Positions 10,304 through 19,896 of a stretch of 64,000 nt of DNA are shown piece after piece. This DNA is from Pseudomonadota bacterium. GTDB taxonomy: Bacteria > Myxococcota > JACRCW01 > JAFGSX01. Position 1 is the stretch's first letter; the number at the start of each line of letters is the position of its first letter. The translations under genes and the position numbers were made by a program. The notes beneath the pieces are model-generated. The model worked only from the letters and a program-made list of their open reading frames with translations, was not told the DNA's origin and ran no database searches. Location of the stretch: the NCBI GenBank assembly GCA_043821645.1, contig JBDRCO010000036.1:1-64000 (forward strand). Direction: 5' to 3'.

Positions 10304-11706
10304 GCAGTGCTGTCGTTTACGGGTTCGCGGCCTTTGGCTACGTCGGTGCCCTGTTCGGGTACATCGGCAACCTGGCGCTCGACCGCGATCGCTGGCGGCG
10401 CGTGGCCACGGTGCTGGCCTCGCTGGGCTTCATCCTGCAGACCGTGGGCCTGGCGCTGCGCTGGTACGAGGCCGGCCTGCACGAGGTCCAGGCCAAGGAG
10501 GTCGCCGAGGGCATCACCCTGTCGGGCCTGGCCTACTTCGTGACCATGACCTCACACCCGCCCTGGTCCAACCTGTACGAGATCATGGTGTTCATGAGCT
10601 GGGGCATCGTGGTGGTGTTCCTGGTCGCCGACGTGCGATGGCGGCTCAAGGGCGCGGGCATCTTCGCCATCGGGGTGGCCCTGCTCGCCTTCGGTATCGC
10701 CTCCCTGACTCTCGACGCACGCGTGACGCCCCTGGTGCCAGCGCTGCGCTCGTACTGGCTGCACCTGCACGTGTTCTCGGCCTCCATCGGATATGCCGCG
10801 GGTCTGCTCGCTGCCACGGCCAGCCTGCTCTACCTCGCCGCGAGCGGCACACATCCCCACAAGGTGGCCTTTGGGGCTCAGCTCACCCAGCTCGTGCTGC
10901 TGGTATTGCTGGGCCGCGGCACCACGCTGCTGGTGGAGCTGGGCTACAAGGCCAAGCTGCTGACCGGCACCGGTGACCAGGTCTACGCACCTGCCGCGAA
11001 CGGCGAGTTTGCGCCCTTCTATGCCATCATGCCCGGCGTGGGCTGGCTCCTCATGGCGGCCATCGTCGCCGCGATCGTCGCCCTGGTGCTGCATCGCCGG
11101 GCCTGGATGACACAGAGCGAGGTGGCGCATAAGCAGGCGCGTCTGAGCAGTGTGCTGTCGGTGGGGCTGCTGGGGCTGACCATGCTCTTGATCCTGGCCC
11201 AGGATCTGGCGGGCAGCGCACCGGTGCTGGATTCCAGGCTCAGTGCGATGCTACGCCCGGCCGGAACCTACCGCTTCGCCCTCGGCTCCAACCAGTGGGA
11301 CCTGGGCCTGTTCGCCCTGGCACTGGTGGGTGGCCTGTTCTCGCTGTGGATGCTGTTCGCGCCGGACACCCTGCGTCGTCGGCTGCCCCAGTCGGCGGTG
11401 CTGGATCTGATGGCCTACCGGGCCATCATGATGGCCTTCACCTTTGTCGGAATCCTTATCGTCACCGGGGCCATCTGGGCGCACTACGCCTGGGGCCGCT
11501 ACTGGGGCTGGGATCCCAAGGAAACGGGCTCGCTGGTCATCTGGTTCGTGTACGCGGCCTATCTGCACACGCGCATCACGCACGGTCTATCCGGCCGACC
11601 CTCTGCAGCCATCGCGATCTTTGGCTTCTTCGTGGTGCTGGCGGGTTTCCTTGGAGTCAACCTGGGCTGGTTCTCGGGTGGCCTGCACGCCTACGGCAGC
11701 GGCTGA
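10300..11706 (+). CDS. ccsA: Cytochrome c biogenesis protein CcsA/ResC (system II)
   Basis: HPPWSNLYE, LVPALRSYWLHLHV, WWD domain GAIWAHYAWGRYWGWDPKE, GLHAYG; ATGA overlap with the resB stop. Confidence 0.93.
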   Translation: MSSAVVYGFAAFGYVGALFGYIGNLALDRDRWRRVATVLASLGFILQTVGLALRWYEAGLHEVQAKEVAEGITLSGLAYFVTMTSHPPWSNLYEIMVFMSWGIVVVFLVADVRWRLKGAGIFAIGVALLAFGIASLTLDARVTPLVPALRSYWLHLHVFSASIGYAAGLLAATASLLYLAASGTHPHKVAFGAQLTQLVLLVLLGRGTTLLVELGYKAKLLTGTGDQVYAPAANGEFAPFYAIMPGVGWLLMAAIVAAIVALVLHRRAWMTQSEVAHKQARLSSVLSVGLLGLTMLLILAQDLAGSAPVLDSRLSAMLRPAGTYRFALGSNQWDLGLFALALVGGLFSLWMLFAPDTLRRRLPQSAVLDLMAYRAIMMAFTFVGILIVTGAIWAHYAWGRYWGWDPKETGSLVIWFVYAAYLHTRITHGLSGRPSAAIAIFGFFVVLAGFLGVNLGWFSGGLHAYGSG

Positions 11707-11769
11707 GAAGCTGTGGCGTGGTGTCGTCACCGGGCGACCCCGCACCCAGCAAGTGCTCGTCGAGCGGGG

Positions 11770-13422
11770 TCAGGTCTTCGGAGCGTCGAGCAGCTCGATG
11801 ATGTCGTAGATGATGCATATGTAGATGAGGCAGACCGCCTCTGGCGATGACAGCGGGCTATTCTGGATGGTCTCGGCGATGGTCTGCTTGCCGTTGGTCG
11901 ACTGTGCAAGAAAGAGCTTTTCTTTTCGCTCCAGCGAGACCCCAAGGCGCGTGTAATTGACGTTGATCATGGTCTTCGGATAGCGATTCTTGATGGCGTT
12001 GAGGCCCGTGCTGAGCTGCTCCTTGTTCACCCCGGCCAGGATGGCCCGCAGTGTGATGAAGCTCAGGGGGCGCGGCTCGCGCTTGGTGCGTCCCACGACC
12101 ACGTTATGCGACGACTTCTCCATCACGGCAAAGCGGCCCGCAGGCATCAGCGCTGCCTGAAAGAAGAGGTCGATCTCGTCTTCGGTGGCAAAGAAGGTTC
12201 CATCCAGAAAAGGCACCTCGAAGCGCGCTCGCGGACTCGTCAGGATCAATTCGCCCGAGGCGCGGATCATGTTGAGACCGACCAGTAACTCCAGTGCACT
12301 CATCTGCTTGCTGGTGCGGGGGTCGATGGGTGTGGCCAGGCGATACGCCAAAAACTCCTTGGGAGTGGTGGGGTTGACGATACCTCCCGCGTACATCGCC
12401 GACGACTCCTCGGGCATGGGCGAGGGGAGCTGCGAGGCTGCCTCCCGCACGGGCGCCCTGGCAGCGACCGGCTCCGGGCTGGGGGCCTGAGGCGCCTTGC
12501 TGGGACGAGGAGCACTTCCCTCCATCTCGGCGAGCGCTGCGGCGATGGCGTCGTCGGCAGAGAGCTCGAGCAAGAGGTCACCACCGCCAAGATCGACGCG
12601 AGGTCCAGCAGGGGCGGGCTGCACCGGGACCATCTCGATGCTGACTTCTTCCTCGTCCGCGTCCGTGGTGGAGTCGGGGAACATCTCGATGGCGATGTCG
12701 CTGGCGTTCAGTTCGGCGACCGGAGCAGCACCTGAGGCGAGGCGCCGCAGATCGGTGATCAGCCCGTCAGGATCCTCGAACACCAGCCCCACCTGATCGT
12801 CGCCTGATTGCAGGGCCAGGGCCGTGTGGCGGTGACTGGAATTCTGACCGGCCAGCGACAGACCGAGCGCAACCCGACCCGACGGCGGCGTGTCGGCACC
12901 GAGCGCCTCGACCAGGGCGCCACCATCGACCTGGACCTCCTGGATGAAGGCTGAGGCGGCGGCACTGGAGTCAAAGGTCAGCGTGTCGCCTATCAAGAGC
13001 ACGACGCCCGCGTCCTCAGCTTCGATCGGTGTCAAGAATGCCGTGATGTCCTGGAGTTCCACCGGCGCGGCGGGCAGGGACCCCTGGGTGGCGTGTTGGG
13101 CCGCCAGCTCGCGCAGGGCGATGGCAGCCTGGCTCCGCTGCCTGAAGTTGAGGGCCATGCGGTCGCCACCCACGGGTATCAGGCGCACCTCGTGACGCGC
13201 ATCGTGCACCAGGTCGCCGAGAGCGAACTGCACCTCGAGCTGGCGCGAGGCAGGGGCTGGCCCGACCATCTCCGCGTTGAGCCCACCGAGCTCGTCCACA
13301 TCAGCGGCGGCCGTCGTGAGTGCCGCTGCACTCTCGAAGGTGAGGATTTCACCGACAAGCAGAGGCAGATCGGCCATCTGATTCGTACCGGTGCCCATGA
13401 GTACCTGCAGTGTAGCAGACAT
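11770..13422 (-). CDS. Hypothetical protein: two tandem PilZ-like repeats, acidic linker, C-terminal DUF4388/PATAN-like region
   Basis: 550-aa ORF with a visible internal duplication; the domain assignments are by resemblance only. Confidence 0.6.
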   Translation of the reverse strand: MSATLQVLMGTGTNQMADLPLLVGEILTFESAAALTTAAADVDELGGLNAEMVGPAPASRQLEVQFALGDLVHDARHEVRLIPVGGDRMALNFRQRSQAAIALRELAAQHATQGSLPAAPVELQDITAFLTPIEAEDAGVVLLIGDTLTFDSSAAASAFIQEVQVDGGALVEALGADTPPSGRVALGLSLAGQNSSHRHTALALQSGDDQVGLVFEDPDGLITDLRRLASGAAPVAELNASDIAIEMFPDSTTDADEEEVSIEMVPVQPAPAGPRVDLGGGDLLLELSADDAIAAALAEMEGSAPRPSKAPQAPSPEPVAARAPVREAASQLPSPMPEESSAMYAGGIVNPTTPKEFLAYRLATPIDPRTSKQMSALELLVGLNMIRASGELILTSPRARFEVPFLDGTFFATEDEIDLFFQAALMPAGRFAVMEKSSHNVVVGRTKREPRPLSFITLRAILAGVNKEQLSTGLNAIKNRYPKTMINVNYTRLGVSLERKEKLFLAQSTNGKQTIAETIQNSPLSSPEAVCLIYICIIYDIIELLDAPKT

Positions 13423-13494
13423 CGCAATCAGGGTAAAAGTGAGGGCTCAGGCAAGGGCGCACACTGTGGAGAACAAGTCTGACCAGAGCACTGC

Positions 13495-14451
13495 CTAGAG
13501 GCATTCCGGCGCCACGCGCTGCAAAAAGCTCTCCATGATGTCGAAGTATGCCGCCGTGCCCAGGGTCTCGACCACGCCATCACCGAGGCCGTGGCTGGCG
13601 CCCTCGACCACACGCAGCTCGACCGGGCCCGCCGCGGCGTCGCGCAGCCGCTCGCTGCCGCGCACGGTGAAGGCGTCGTCGATGGAGCCGTGCAGGATCA
13701 GCAGTGGAGTATGAATCTCGGACAGCTTGCGCTCGTTGTCGTAGTCGCCGCTGCCCAGGTAACTGGCGGGCATGCCGAGAAGGCTGCTGTCCTCGATGAC
13801 GATGTCCGCCGACGGGTAGGGGGCTTCGAGGATGAGGGCACACGGTGCCTTGCGCTGGGCGAGCTCGACGGTGGGCAGGGCGCCCAGGGAGTAGCCGTAG
13901 TAGACCACCCTGGCACTGTCCACACCCAGGCTGTCGAGCTGGGCACGCATGGACTCGGCGTCGTCAAAGAACTGCTCGCCGGTGGGATAGCTGGCGGGAT
14001 CGGTCTTGCCGTAGCCGCGATAGTCGTACACCAGCACGCCGAAGCCGGCCTCGTGCAGAAAGCGCACCCGCGGCTGGTAGTGCTCGATGCCCCTGTAGTT
14101 GCCGTGGGAGTACAGCACTGTGGTCCCGGCCAGGGCCGCGTTGCCACCGTGGCTGGGAATGAAGTAGCCGTCCAGCGTGCCAAGCCCGTCACGGGTCGGC
14201 ACCTGCAGCTGCTGGGCATCTGTGATGGGTCGCGCGCTGGTGCCATCGACCCACGGGTAGTCGCGTTGCCAGTCGTAGGGCTCATCGCACTTCTTGCAGA
14301 TCTTGCCCCAGGTGCTGTCCACGTCGCAGGACCCGGGACCCACCGCCGAGCAGTGCAGACCGCCATGTTGAAAACTGTCGAGGTCAACGCAGGCAGCTGT
14401 CGTGATTGCCATGACGAGGCTCAGGACGCGCAAGGTGGGCAGGCGGCTCAT
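13495..14451 (-). CDS. Alpha/beta hydrolase lipoprotein
   Basis: Lipobox TAA-C, YSHGN, YDYRGYG, nucleophile elbow GYSLG, HGSIDD, GASHG. Confidence 0.88.
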   Translation of the reverse strand: MSRLPTLRVLSLVMAITTAACVDLDSFQHGGLHCSAVGPGSCDVDSTWGKICKKCDEPYDWQRDYPWVDGTSARPITDAQQLQVPTRDGLGTLDGYFIPSHGGNAALAGTTVLYSHGNYRGIEHYQPRVRFLHEAGFGVLVYDYRGYGKTDPASYPTGEQFFDDAESMRAQLDSLGVDSARVVYYGYSLGALPTVELAQRKAPCALILEAPYPSADIVIEDSSLLGMPASYLGSGDYDNERKLSEIHTPLLILHGSIDDAFTVRGSERLRDAAAGPVELRVVEGASHGLGDGVVETLGTAAYFDIMESFLQRVAPECL

Positions 14452-15176
14452 GGCTGCACCTCCGGTCCAGCGCCGAGATCAAAGCGCACCGATACTCCCG
14501 CGGTCACCAGCATGCCGCCCTGGTCAAAGGGTGCCACCCACTGCGGCGTGGCTTGCCGGTTGTTGCGCCAGGGCACCAGGTAGCGCGCCTCGAGCTGCAG
14601 CCCGAGCCAGTCCAGGCCAGGGTGAAACTCGACGCCGGCAAAGGGAGCCATGAGCAGGCCAGGGTTCGAGAAGTCGAGGTACTCGACGAGACCACCGTAG
14701 AGCAGCTGCGAGAACAGCTTGTAGCTGACCGTGGCCTCGAGCTGGTTGACCGCCCACAGCCCCCGCAGCTCGGCCGGCTTGCGACCGTCGAGGTGATTGC
14801 TGAACAGGTACTGGCGATCGGCGATGGACAGGGCCGGCAAGTACCCGCGCTGGGGCACCAGCAGGTAGCTCGCGCCCAGATGTCCGCCCACGTCGCCGAA
14901 CAGCAGGCTGGTCAGCTGCAGACCGTAGTTGACGTCGAGGGGCCGGCCGGCCAGGCGCATCACACCCGAGCGTCCCTCGAGGGTGGAGTTGGGCAAGGGC
15001 AGCACGATCCCGAACAGCCCTATCAGTGGACCGCCGGCGGTCAGGCCCACAGCGTGTTGGCCTGGCTCGAGTGGCCGCGCGGTGTTCATGGTGCTGCAGC
15101 CCAGCCCCAGCAGCAGGGCGCCCAGTGCTAGCAGTAGCGCAGGCCCCTTCCTGCTGACCGGAAAATGGCGATGCAT
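14448..15176 (-). CDS. Hypothetical lipoprotein, beta-strand rich
   Basis: Lipobox LGLG-C followed by STMNTARPLEPG; alternating hydrophobic strands; 4-nt overlap with the hydrolase start. Confidence 0.7.
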   Translation of the reverse strand: MHRHFPVSRKGPALLLALGALLLGLGCSTMNTARPLEPGQHAVGLTAGGPLIGLFGIVLPLPNSTLEGRSGVMRLAGRPLDVNYGLQLTSLLFGDVGGHLGASYLLVPQRGYLPALSIADRQYLFSNHLDGRKPAELRGLWAVNQLEATVSYKLFSQLLYGGLVEYLDFSNPGLLMAPFAGVEFHPGLDWLGLQLEARYLVPWRNNRQATPQWVAPFDQGGMLVTAGVSVRFDLGAGPEVQP

Positions 15177-15470
15177 CTGTGGCCCCCGTCATGAAAACGA
15201 CGGCACGGGATAGCGCATCTTGGGCCATGTTTTCAAGATCCTTGGCGAGTGTACCGATTGGGGCCATGGGACCTTTTACAGCCCTCACCATGCACGTTGT
15301 GGTCGCGACTGCCAGGTGCACCGGCGAGCGGAGGGTTCGTCGGGCGAATCGAAGGTCTGGGGGACTGCACGGGGACGGCCCGGCCGGGTGGCCGAGCAAT
15401 TCTGCCGCTCGCACGAAAGCCTGAGCGGAAGCTGTGCAGAGAGGATCGAAAGTTCAGAGGCGGCGCTCGG

Positions 15471-15710
15471 TTAGCGCGGCGCGCGAGCCTTCGCCGAGTC
15501 CGAGGCCGCAAAGGCACCCGTGCTGGGGGAGGGCGTGTTGCGCCCGCTGTCGAGAATCTCGACGTCACCAGCCTCGATGAGCTTCTTGAGTGCGGGATAC
15601 TCGGCCGCCTTGGCGTCGATCTGCCCTATCTTGCCGGGACCGAGGTGCAGCTTCTTGCCGCCGCGGAGCGGAATGGACAGGGCACGGAGTGTCTTGTTGC
15701 TGATGTTCAT
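15471..15710 (-). CDS. Small hypothetical protein (79 aa)
   Basis: GAGG upstream, GC3-rich codons, protein-like composition. Confidence 0.6.
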   Translation of the reverse strand: MNISNKTLRALSIPLRGGKKLHLGPGKIGQIDAKAAEYPALKKLIEAGDVEILDSGRNTPSPSTGAFAASDSAKARAPR

Positions 15711-16448
15711 TCCGGCCTCGTCGTTGTGGGGGCATCGGCCGCAGCAGCGAGGCGGACGTCACCCCGTTGCGGCTCGACAGCTCACGGTTTGGGAGCTTGG
15801 ACATAGCCCGCACGGGCCTCGCCGTCAATCGCGTCCGTCGTTCAGGCGGCGCGTGCCAGCGCGCGAAGACCGGACCTGCAGCCGAAGAAATTCATCGGGA
15901 ACTCGAGGTCAAAGCTGGAATCCGGCAGCTCATCAGTCACACATGGGCCGACAAGCTCGGGTTCTCTGAGGGGCGACTGTCGCTCGAGGAGCTGTCGCTG
16001 AGCGCTGCTGTCGAACCAGCCAAAGGGGTGCATGCTCGCTTGCCACTGCAAAACAAGATTCATGTCAACGGTGCTCACGATTCAACTCGCTTTTGAAATT
16101 CTTGCCGAGGTCCTGTCATGTCGAGCAGCCTGGCGGCGCCAGTGCCCTTCGCTTTTCATCCTGCGTTCGTGAGCAAAGTCCGCGCCAGCTGTCCTCTGAT
16201 TCTTTAGTCTCTTGTTATTGCTTCGGTTTTCGCACCGTGCGGCCTGTCGTGCACGCCGCGCGGCGGCTCCAGGTGGCGTCAACAAGCCAACGCTGGCTCA
16301 TTGCAGCCACTGCGAACCTTCCACGGTCCGGGCATGCAGTTCGCGTATCGAGCACACCGTGGGCGATGTGATCTTCTCGGTACGCAGCAGCCTATCCCTG
16401 CACCGGGGCCGGCAAGCGCATCGACGTGCTCGCAGTGGTGCAGCTGTT

Positions 16449-17906
16449 CTACTTGGTAGACGCCGGCATCATCACGGTGACCTCGTCGACTCCTGGTGGG
16501 GCGATCTGCTCGAGCTCAGGTGGCATGATGGTGGCGCCGATGAAGCAGCCGATGTGTGCGCTCCAGTCCGACGGCAAGGCTACGGCGTCGAAGCGCCCCT
16601 GGGCGTCGCTTCGAACCTCTGTCTTTACAAAGGCCTCGTCTATCCACGAGTAGCACAGCGTGTCAGGCAATGGTCGCCGCTCCTCATCGACGACCACACC
16701 GTGGACCACGCGACCTGCTGCCAGCCGCAAGGTCACTTGATGGAGGTCATGCCCGGGCTCGAAGGGCTCGAGGCGTAGCCGGCCGAACAGACCCTGGTGC
16801 CTCGCCACCAGCCAGCCGCCCTGCGGCATGGCCGGGACCACGAAGCGTCCGTTGGCCTCGCTGGTGGTGTGGCCAAATTCTGGCAGCTTGCCCGTGCGTG
16901 GTGCGGCCGTGGCGACGGTGACATCGGCCAGGGGTCCGTCGGGCCCGACCACGACACCATGCACCAGGGACTCGCGTTCGAGCCGGATGAACAGATGCTG
17001 CTCGCCTGCGGGGGAGACCAGATCGTGCGTGGACTCCATGTACCCAGGGGCGCGTGTGAACAGCAGGTAGGGCACCTTCTCGTCCGCGAAGCCGATGGTG
17101 AAGCGGCCGCGCTCATCGACCAGCACCGGCGGGCCGTGCCAGACGGGCGTGGTGGTGAAGTAGCGGACCCGAACCTCGGCGAGGGGCACGCCTTCGGTGT
17201 CGGTCACCTCGCCTATCAGCCTCCCTCGTTGTGGCTTCAGCACGAGGCGGACATCGAACTGCTCGCCCTCGCCCTCGCAGCTGAGCAGTTCCTGGTAGCG
17301 CGCGGACACCAGCCCCGGCGCCTGAGCGAACAGCACGTAGAGCCCCTGCTCGACGGTCTCGAAGCGAAAGATGTCGTTGAACCGGACCGTCTGCTCACGC
17401 ACAGCCGGAGGTTCCATCTTGGCGCGCTGCAGGATGACCCTGGCACTGCGCGCTGGTTCCTCGGGTCCAAGCAGATCGCCGACCACGCGACAGGGCCGCT
17501 CGGACTTGTGGACGCCCTCAGAGCCGGGCTGCGGGTGGCGTCGCACGGTGATTGCTGCGGCAGGGGCTGGCGTGCGCTGCAGCCCGGTCGAGGTGGTATC
17601 CGCTTGCTGCAGCTCTTCGGCACCGAGGGTCGACGGACGGGCCGCAGCATTCGGGTGCGGGTCAGTCCGGTTGCGCCTTGCCGCGCGTTCCCTGTCGACG
17701 TGTTCAATAAAAGAGCGCGGGTCGCAACCCTGCCCGACGTCGTCGGGTGGAGCGCCAGCAAAGGTCTCACCGCGCAGCGGATACCACAGCAGCAAAACCA
17801 GTGCGCCAAGCAGGGCCGCGATTCCCACCAGCCGGAGCAGCCACCAGCGCCGTGCCCGTGGAGTGTGCCCTGCGTCCTTGGTGCCAGGAACCGGCTGCTC
17901 TGACAT
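16449..17906 (-). CDS. Membrane-anchored protein with carboxypeptidase-regulatory-like beta-sandwich repeats
   Basis: N-terminal TM; repeats of G.V.D..G.PL..V.V and D..GRF (GEVTDTEGVPLAEV, GVVVGPDGPLADV, GVVVDEERRPL). Confidence 0.75.
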   Translation of the reverse strand: MSEQPVPGTKDAGHTPRARRWWLLRLVGIAALLGALVLLLWYPLRGETFAGAPPDDVGQGCDPRSFIEHVDRERAARRNRTDPHPNAAARPSTLGAEELQQADTTSTGLQRTPAPAAAITVRRHPQPGSEGVHKSERPCRVVGDLLGPEEPARSARVILQRAKMEPPAVREQTVRFNDIFRFETVEQGLYVLFAQAPGLVSARYQELLSCEGEGEQFDVRLVLKPQRGRLIGEVTDTEGVPLAEVRVRYFTTTPVWHGPPVLVDERGRFTIGFADEKVPYLLFTRAPGYMESTHDLVSPAGEQHLFIRLERESLVHGVVVGPDGPLADVTVATAAPRTGKLPEFGHTTSEANGRFVVPAMPQGGWLVARHQGLFGRLRLEPFEPGHDLHQVTLRLAAGRVVHGVVVDEERRPLPDTLCYSWIDEAFVKTEVRSDAQGRFDAVALPSDWSAHIGCFIGATIMPPELEQIAPPGVDEVTVMMPASTK

Positions 17907-17942
17907 GCACGCCCCCGCGCGTTCGGATCGTCGTGACCTGCG

Positions 17943-19076
17943 TCAGGGGGTAGCGAGCAGCGTGGTGGTATCGACCTTGTGCCAGGGGCCCTTGGCGGCG
18001 GGTCTCTTGGCGGTGGCGAAGCTCAGCTCTCCCGAGGACAGGTCCATCACCACGGACTGCACCGTCAGCTCGCCCATGGAGACGTCGAGGAGTAATTCCT
18101 TGAGCTGCTGTGAGCCCAGGGCTCCGGTCTGGGCTCGTGTCTGCATCTTCTTGTAGCGGCTGTCGGGGTGGGCTTTCTGGTCCTCGTTCTGCAGGTTGGC
18201 GACGCCGACCCAGCCGTCCGCCAGCTCTCGCGGCCGCACGCCGGCGGGCTTGGTCTCGAGCACGAAGGCCTGGCCCGGGTCTGCAAACAGGTAGTTCTGG
18301 GGAACGGTGCGCTTCATCTCGGTGATGTGCAGCCTGGCCGCGTCCGCGCTGGTGGCATGCTCCAGGATCTGCCGCACCCCGAACATCACCGGCGTTCCCG
18401 CCGTCGCATCCGCGCGCATCCCGATCACCGCGAGGTCCGCGGCAAACACCTTGTGGTCGTTGATACCGGTGACCGCGCCCACCAGCCCTGGCCAGGTGAC
18501 ATGGGCAAAGGTCTGGATGCCCGGTCCGCGCTCCACCACGATCAGCGCGTGATGCTGCAGCATCTCGCCGCCAAACCAGTCGAGGTTGCGACCGATCTTC
18601 ATGGTCCCACCCTGGCTGGCCTTGGCGTTGACGGCGAGGCAGGAGCACAGCATGGGGCTGAAGATTTCGAGCGCGAGGTTGAGCGCGACCAGGGAGGTCT
18701 CGTCGACACTGGCGGCCTTGGCCATGGCCTTGAGCTGGACCAGGTGGTCAGGGGGTATGGAGGCCTTGAGCAGCTCGACGGTGCGACGCTGAGAGTCAGA
18801 GAGCCCATCTGCGCCGAACAGCTTCTCGGCAAACTTCGGGATCAACCAGCGGATCTGCTCACCGAGCACTTCGCCTTCCGCCTTGCCTCGCTCGGCCGGG
18901 GTCCCCTCCAGTTCGAGGATCCACACCTCGTCGACCTGGCGCAGGCGGCCGCCCGCAGCGCTGTGCTCCTTGAAGGGTGCGGGGCTGCTGCAGGTGAGCA
19001 GCCCTGTGGCGAGGAGCCCGGCCAGACATCGGAGCCGATTGCGACGAGGGGCGCTTCTGGTCTCGAGTGCTTGCAT
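17943..19076 (-). CDS. C45 family autoproteolytic acyltransferase/hydrolase (Ntn hydrolase), probable lipoprotein
   Basis: GTPAERGKAEG, internal nucleophile CSCLAV, GRNLDW, WPGLVGAVTGIN. Confidence 0.82.
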   Translation of the reverse strand: MQALETRSAPRRNRLRCLAGLLATGLLTCSSPAPFKEHSAAGGRLRQVDEVWILELEGTPAERGKAEGEVLGEQIRWLIPKFAEKLFGADGLSDSQRRTVELLKASIPPDHLVQLKAMAKAASVDETSLVALNLALEIFSPMLCSCLAVNAKASQGGTMKIGRNLDWFGGEMLQHHALIVVERGPGIQTFAHVTWPGLVGAVTGINDHKVFAADLAVIGMRADATAGTPVMFGVRQILEHATSADAARLHITEMKRTVPQNYLFADPGQAFVLETKPAGVRPRELADGWVGVANLQNEDQKAHPDSRYKKMQTRAQTGALGSQQLKELLLDVSMGELTVQSVVMDLSSGELSFATAKRPAAKGPWHKVDTTTLLATP

Positions 19077-19251
19077 CCGCCGATGCTACACCGGAGTGAG
19101 CGAAGGGGTGCTGATTATCAAGGTTCGACGCAGGCGAGTGGTCCCCGTGTCCTGGCCGGCTGTGGCCTAGCGCCACCGCGTTCTCTCGGCGCCCTTGCCA
19201 TTACCGGCGTGGACCGTATGCTGCCTGGGCGTACGCGCAAGAGGTCCCGGC

Positions 19252-19896
19252 ATGGTGGCGAAGACATCGCTGTTCCCCGTCGAGCAGGCAGCCCTGCTGC
19301 TTTCGTTGCCCCAGCTGGACAGCGCACCGTCGGATCCCCGCCCCGAGCTGTGTGTGGTGGGGCGCAGCAACGTCGGCAAGTCCTCGTTGCTCAACCTGCT
19401 GCTCGCGCGCTCGGGACTGGCGCGAACCTCACGCACGCCCGGCCGCACCCGGCTGTTCAACTTCTTCGACGCGAAGGTGCGTGGCCCGCAGCGTCACCTT
19501 CTCGATCTGCGGGTGGTCGACCTGCCGGGCTACGGCTACGCCAAGGTCTCGCACGCCGAGCGGGGGCGACTGAACAGGATGCTCGAGGATTACTTCGTCC
19601 GGGCGCAGCGGGCCACCGCGGCGCTGCTCCTGATCGATGCGCGGCACGAGGTGCCCGAGATAGACCAGCACATGCACGCGGTGCTGCTGCAGTCCGGTGT
19701 CCCCTTCGTGATCGCGGCCACCAAGACCGACCGGGTGCCCAAGGCGCGCCGCGTCGGTGTGCGGCGCCGTCTCGAGAAGGCTCTGGTGGGCGGCGAGGTG
19801 GTCCTGACCTCGGCCTCGGAGAAGCTGGGCCGCGACCTGCTTTGGCGCGCGCTGTGGTCGCTGCTGGTGGGGGCCCCCGGCGAGGAAGAGTCGTGA
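19252..19896 (+). CDS. engB: Ribosome biogenesis GTP-binding protein YihA/YsxC
   Basis: GRSNVGKSSLLN, SRTPGRT, DLPGYGYAKVS, TKTD. Confidence 0.95.
   Translation: MVAKTSLFPVEQAALLLSLPQLDSAPSDPRPELCVVGRSNVGKSSLLNLLLARSGLARTSRTPGRTRLFNFFDAKVRGPQRHLLDLRVVDLPGYGYAKVSHAERGRLNRMLEDYFVRAQRATAALLLIDARHEVPEIDQHMHAVLLQSGVPFVIAATKTDRVPKARRVGVRRRLEKALVGGEVVLTSASEKLGRDLLWRALWSLLVGAPGEEES

Noticed and set aside
18168-19892. N-terminal extension of the 817-aa ORF
   Set aside because: It overlaps the C45 gene and engB; only the part from GTG 19893 looks like a real SurA-like protein.
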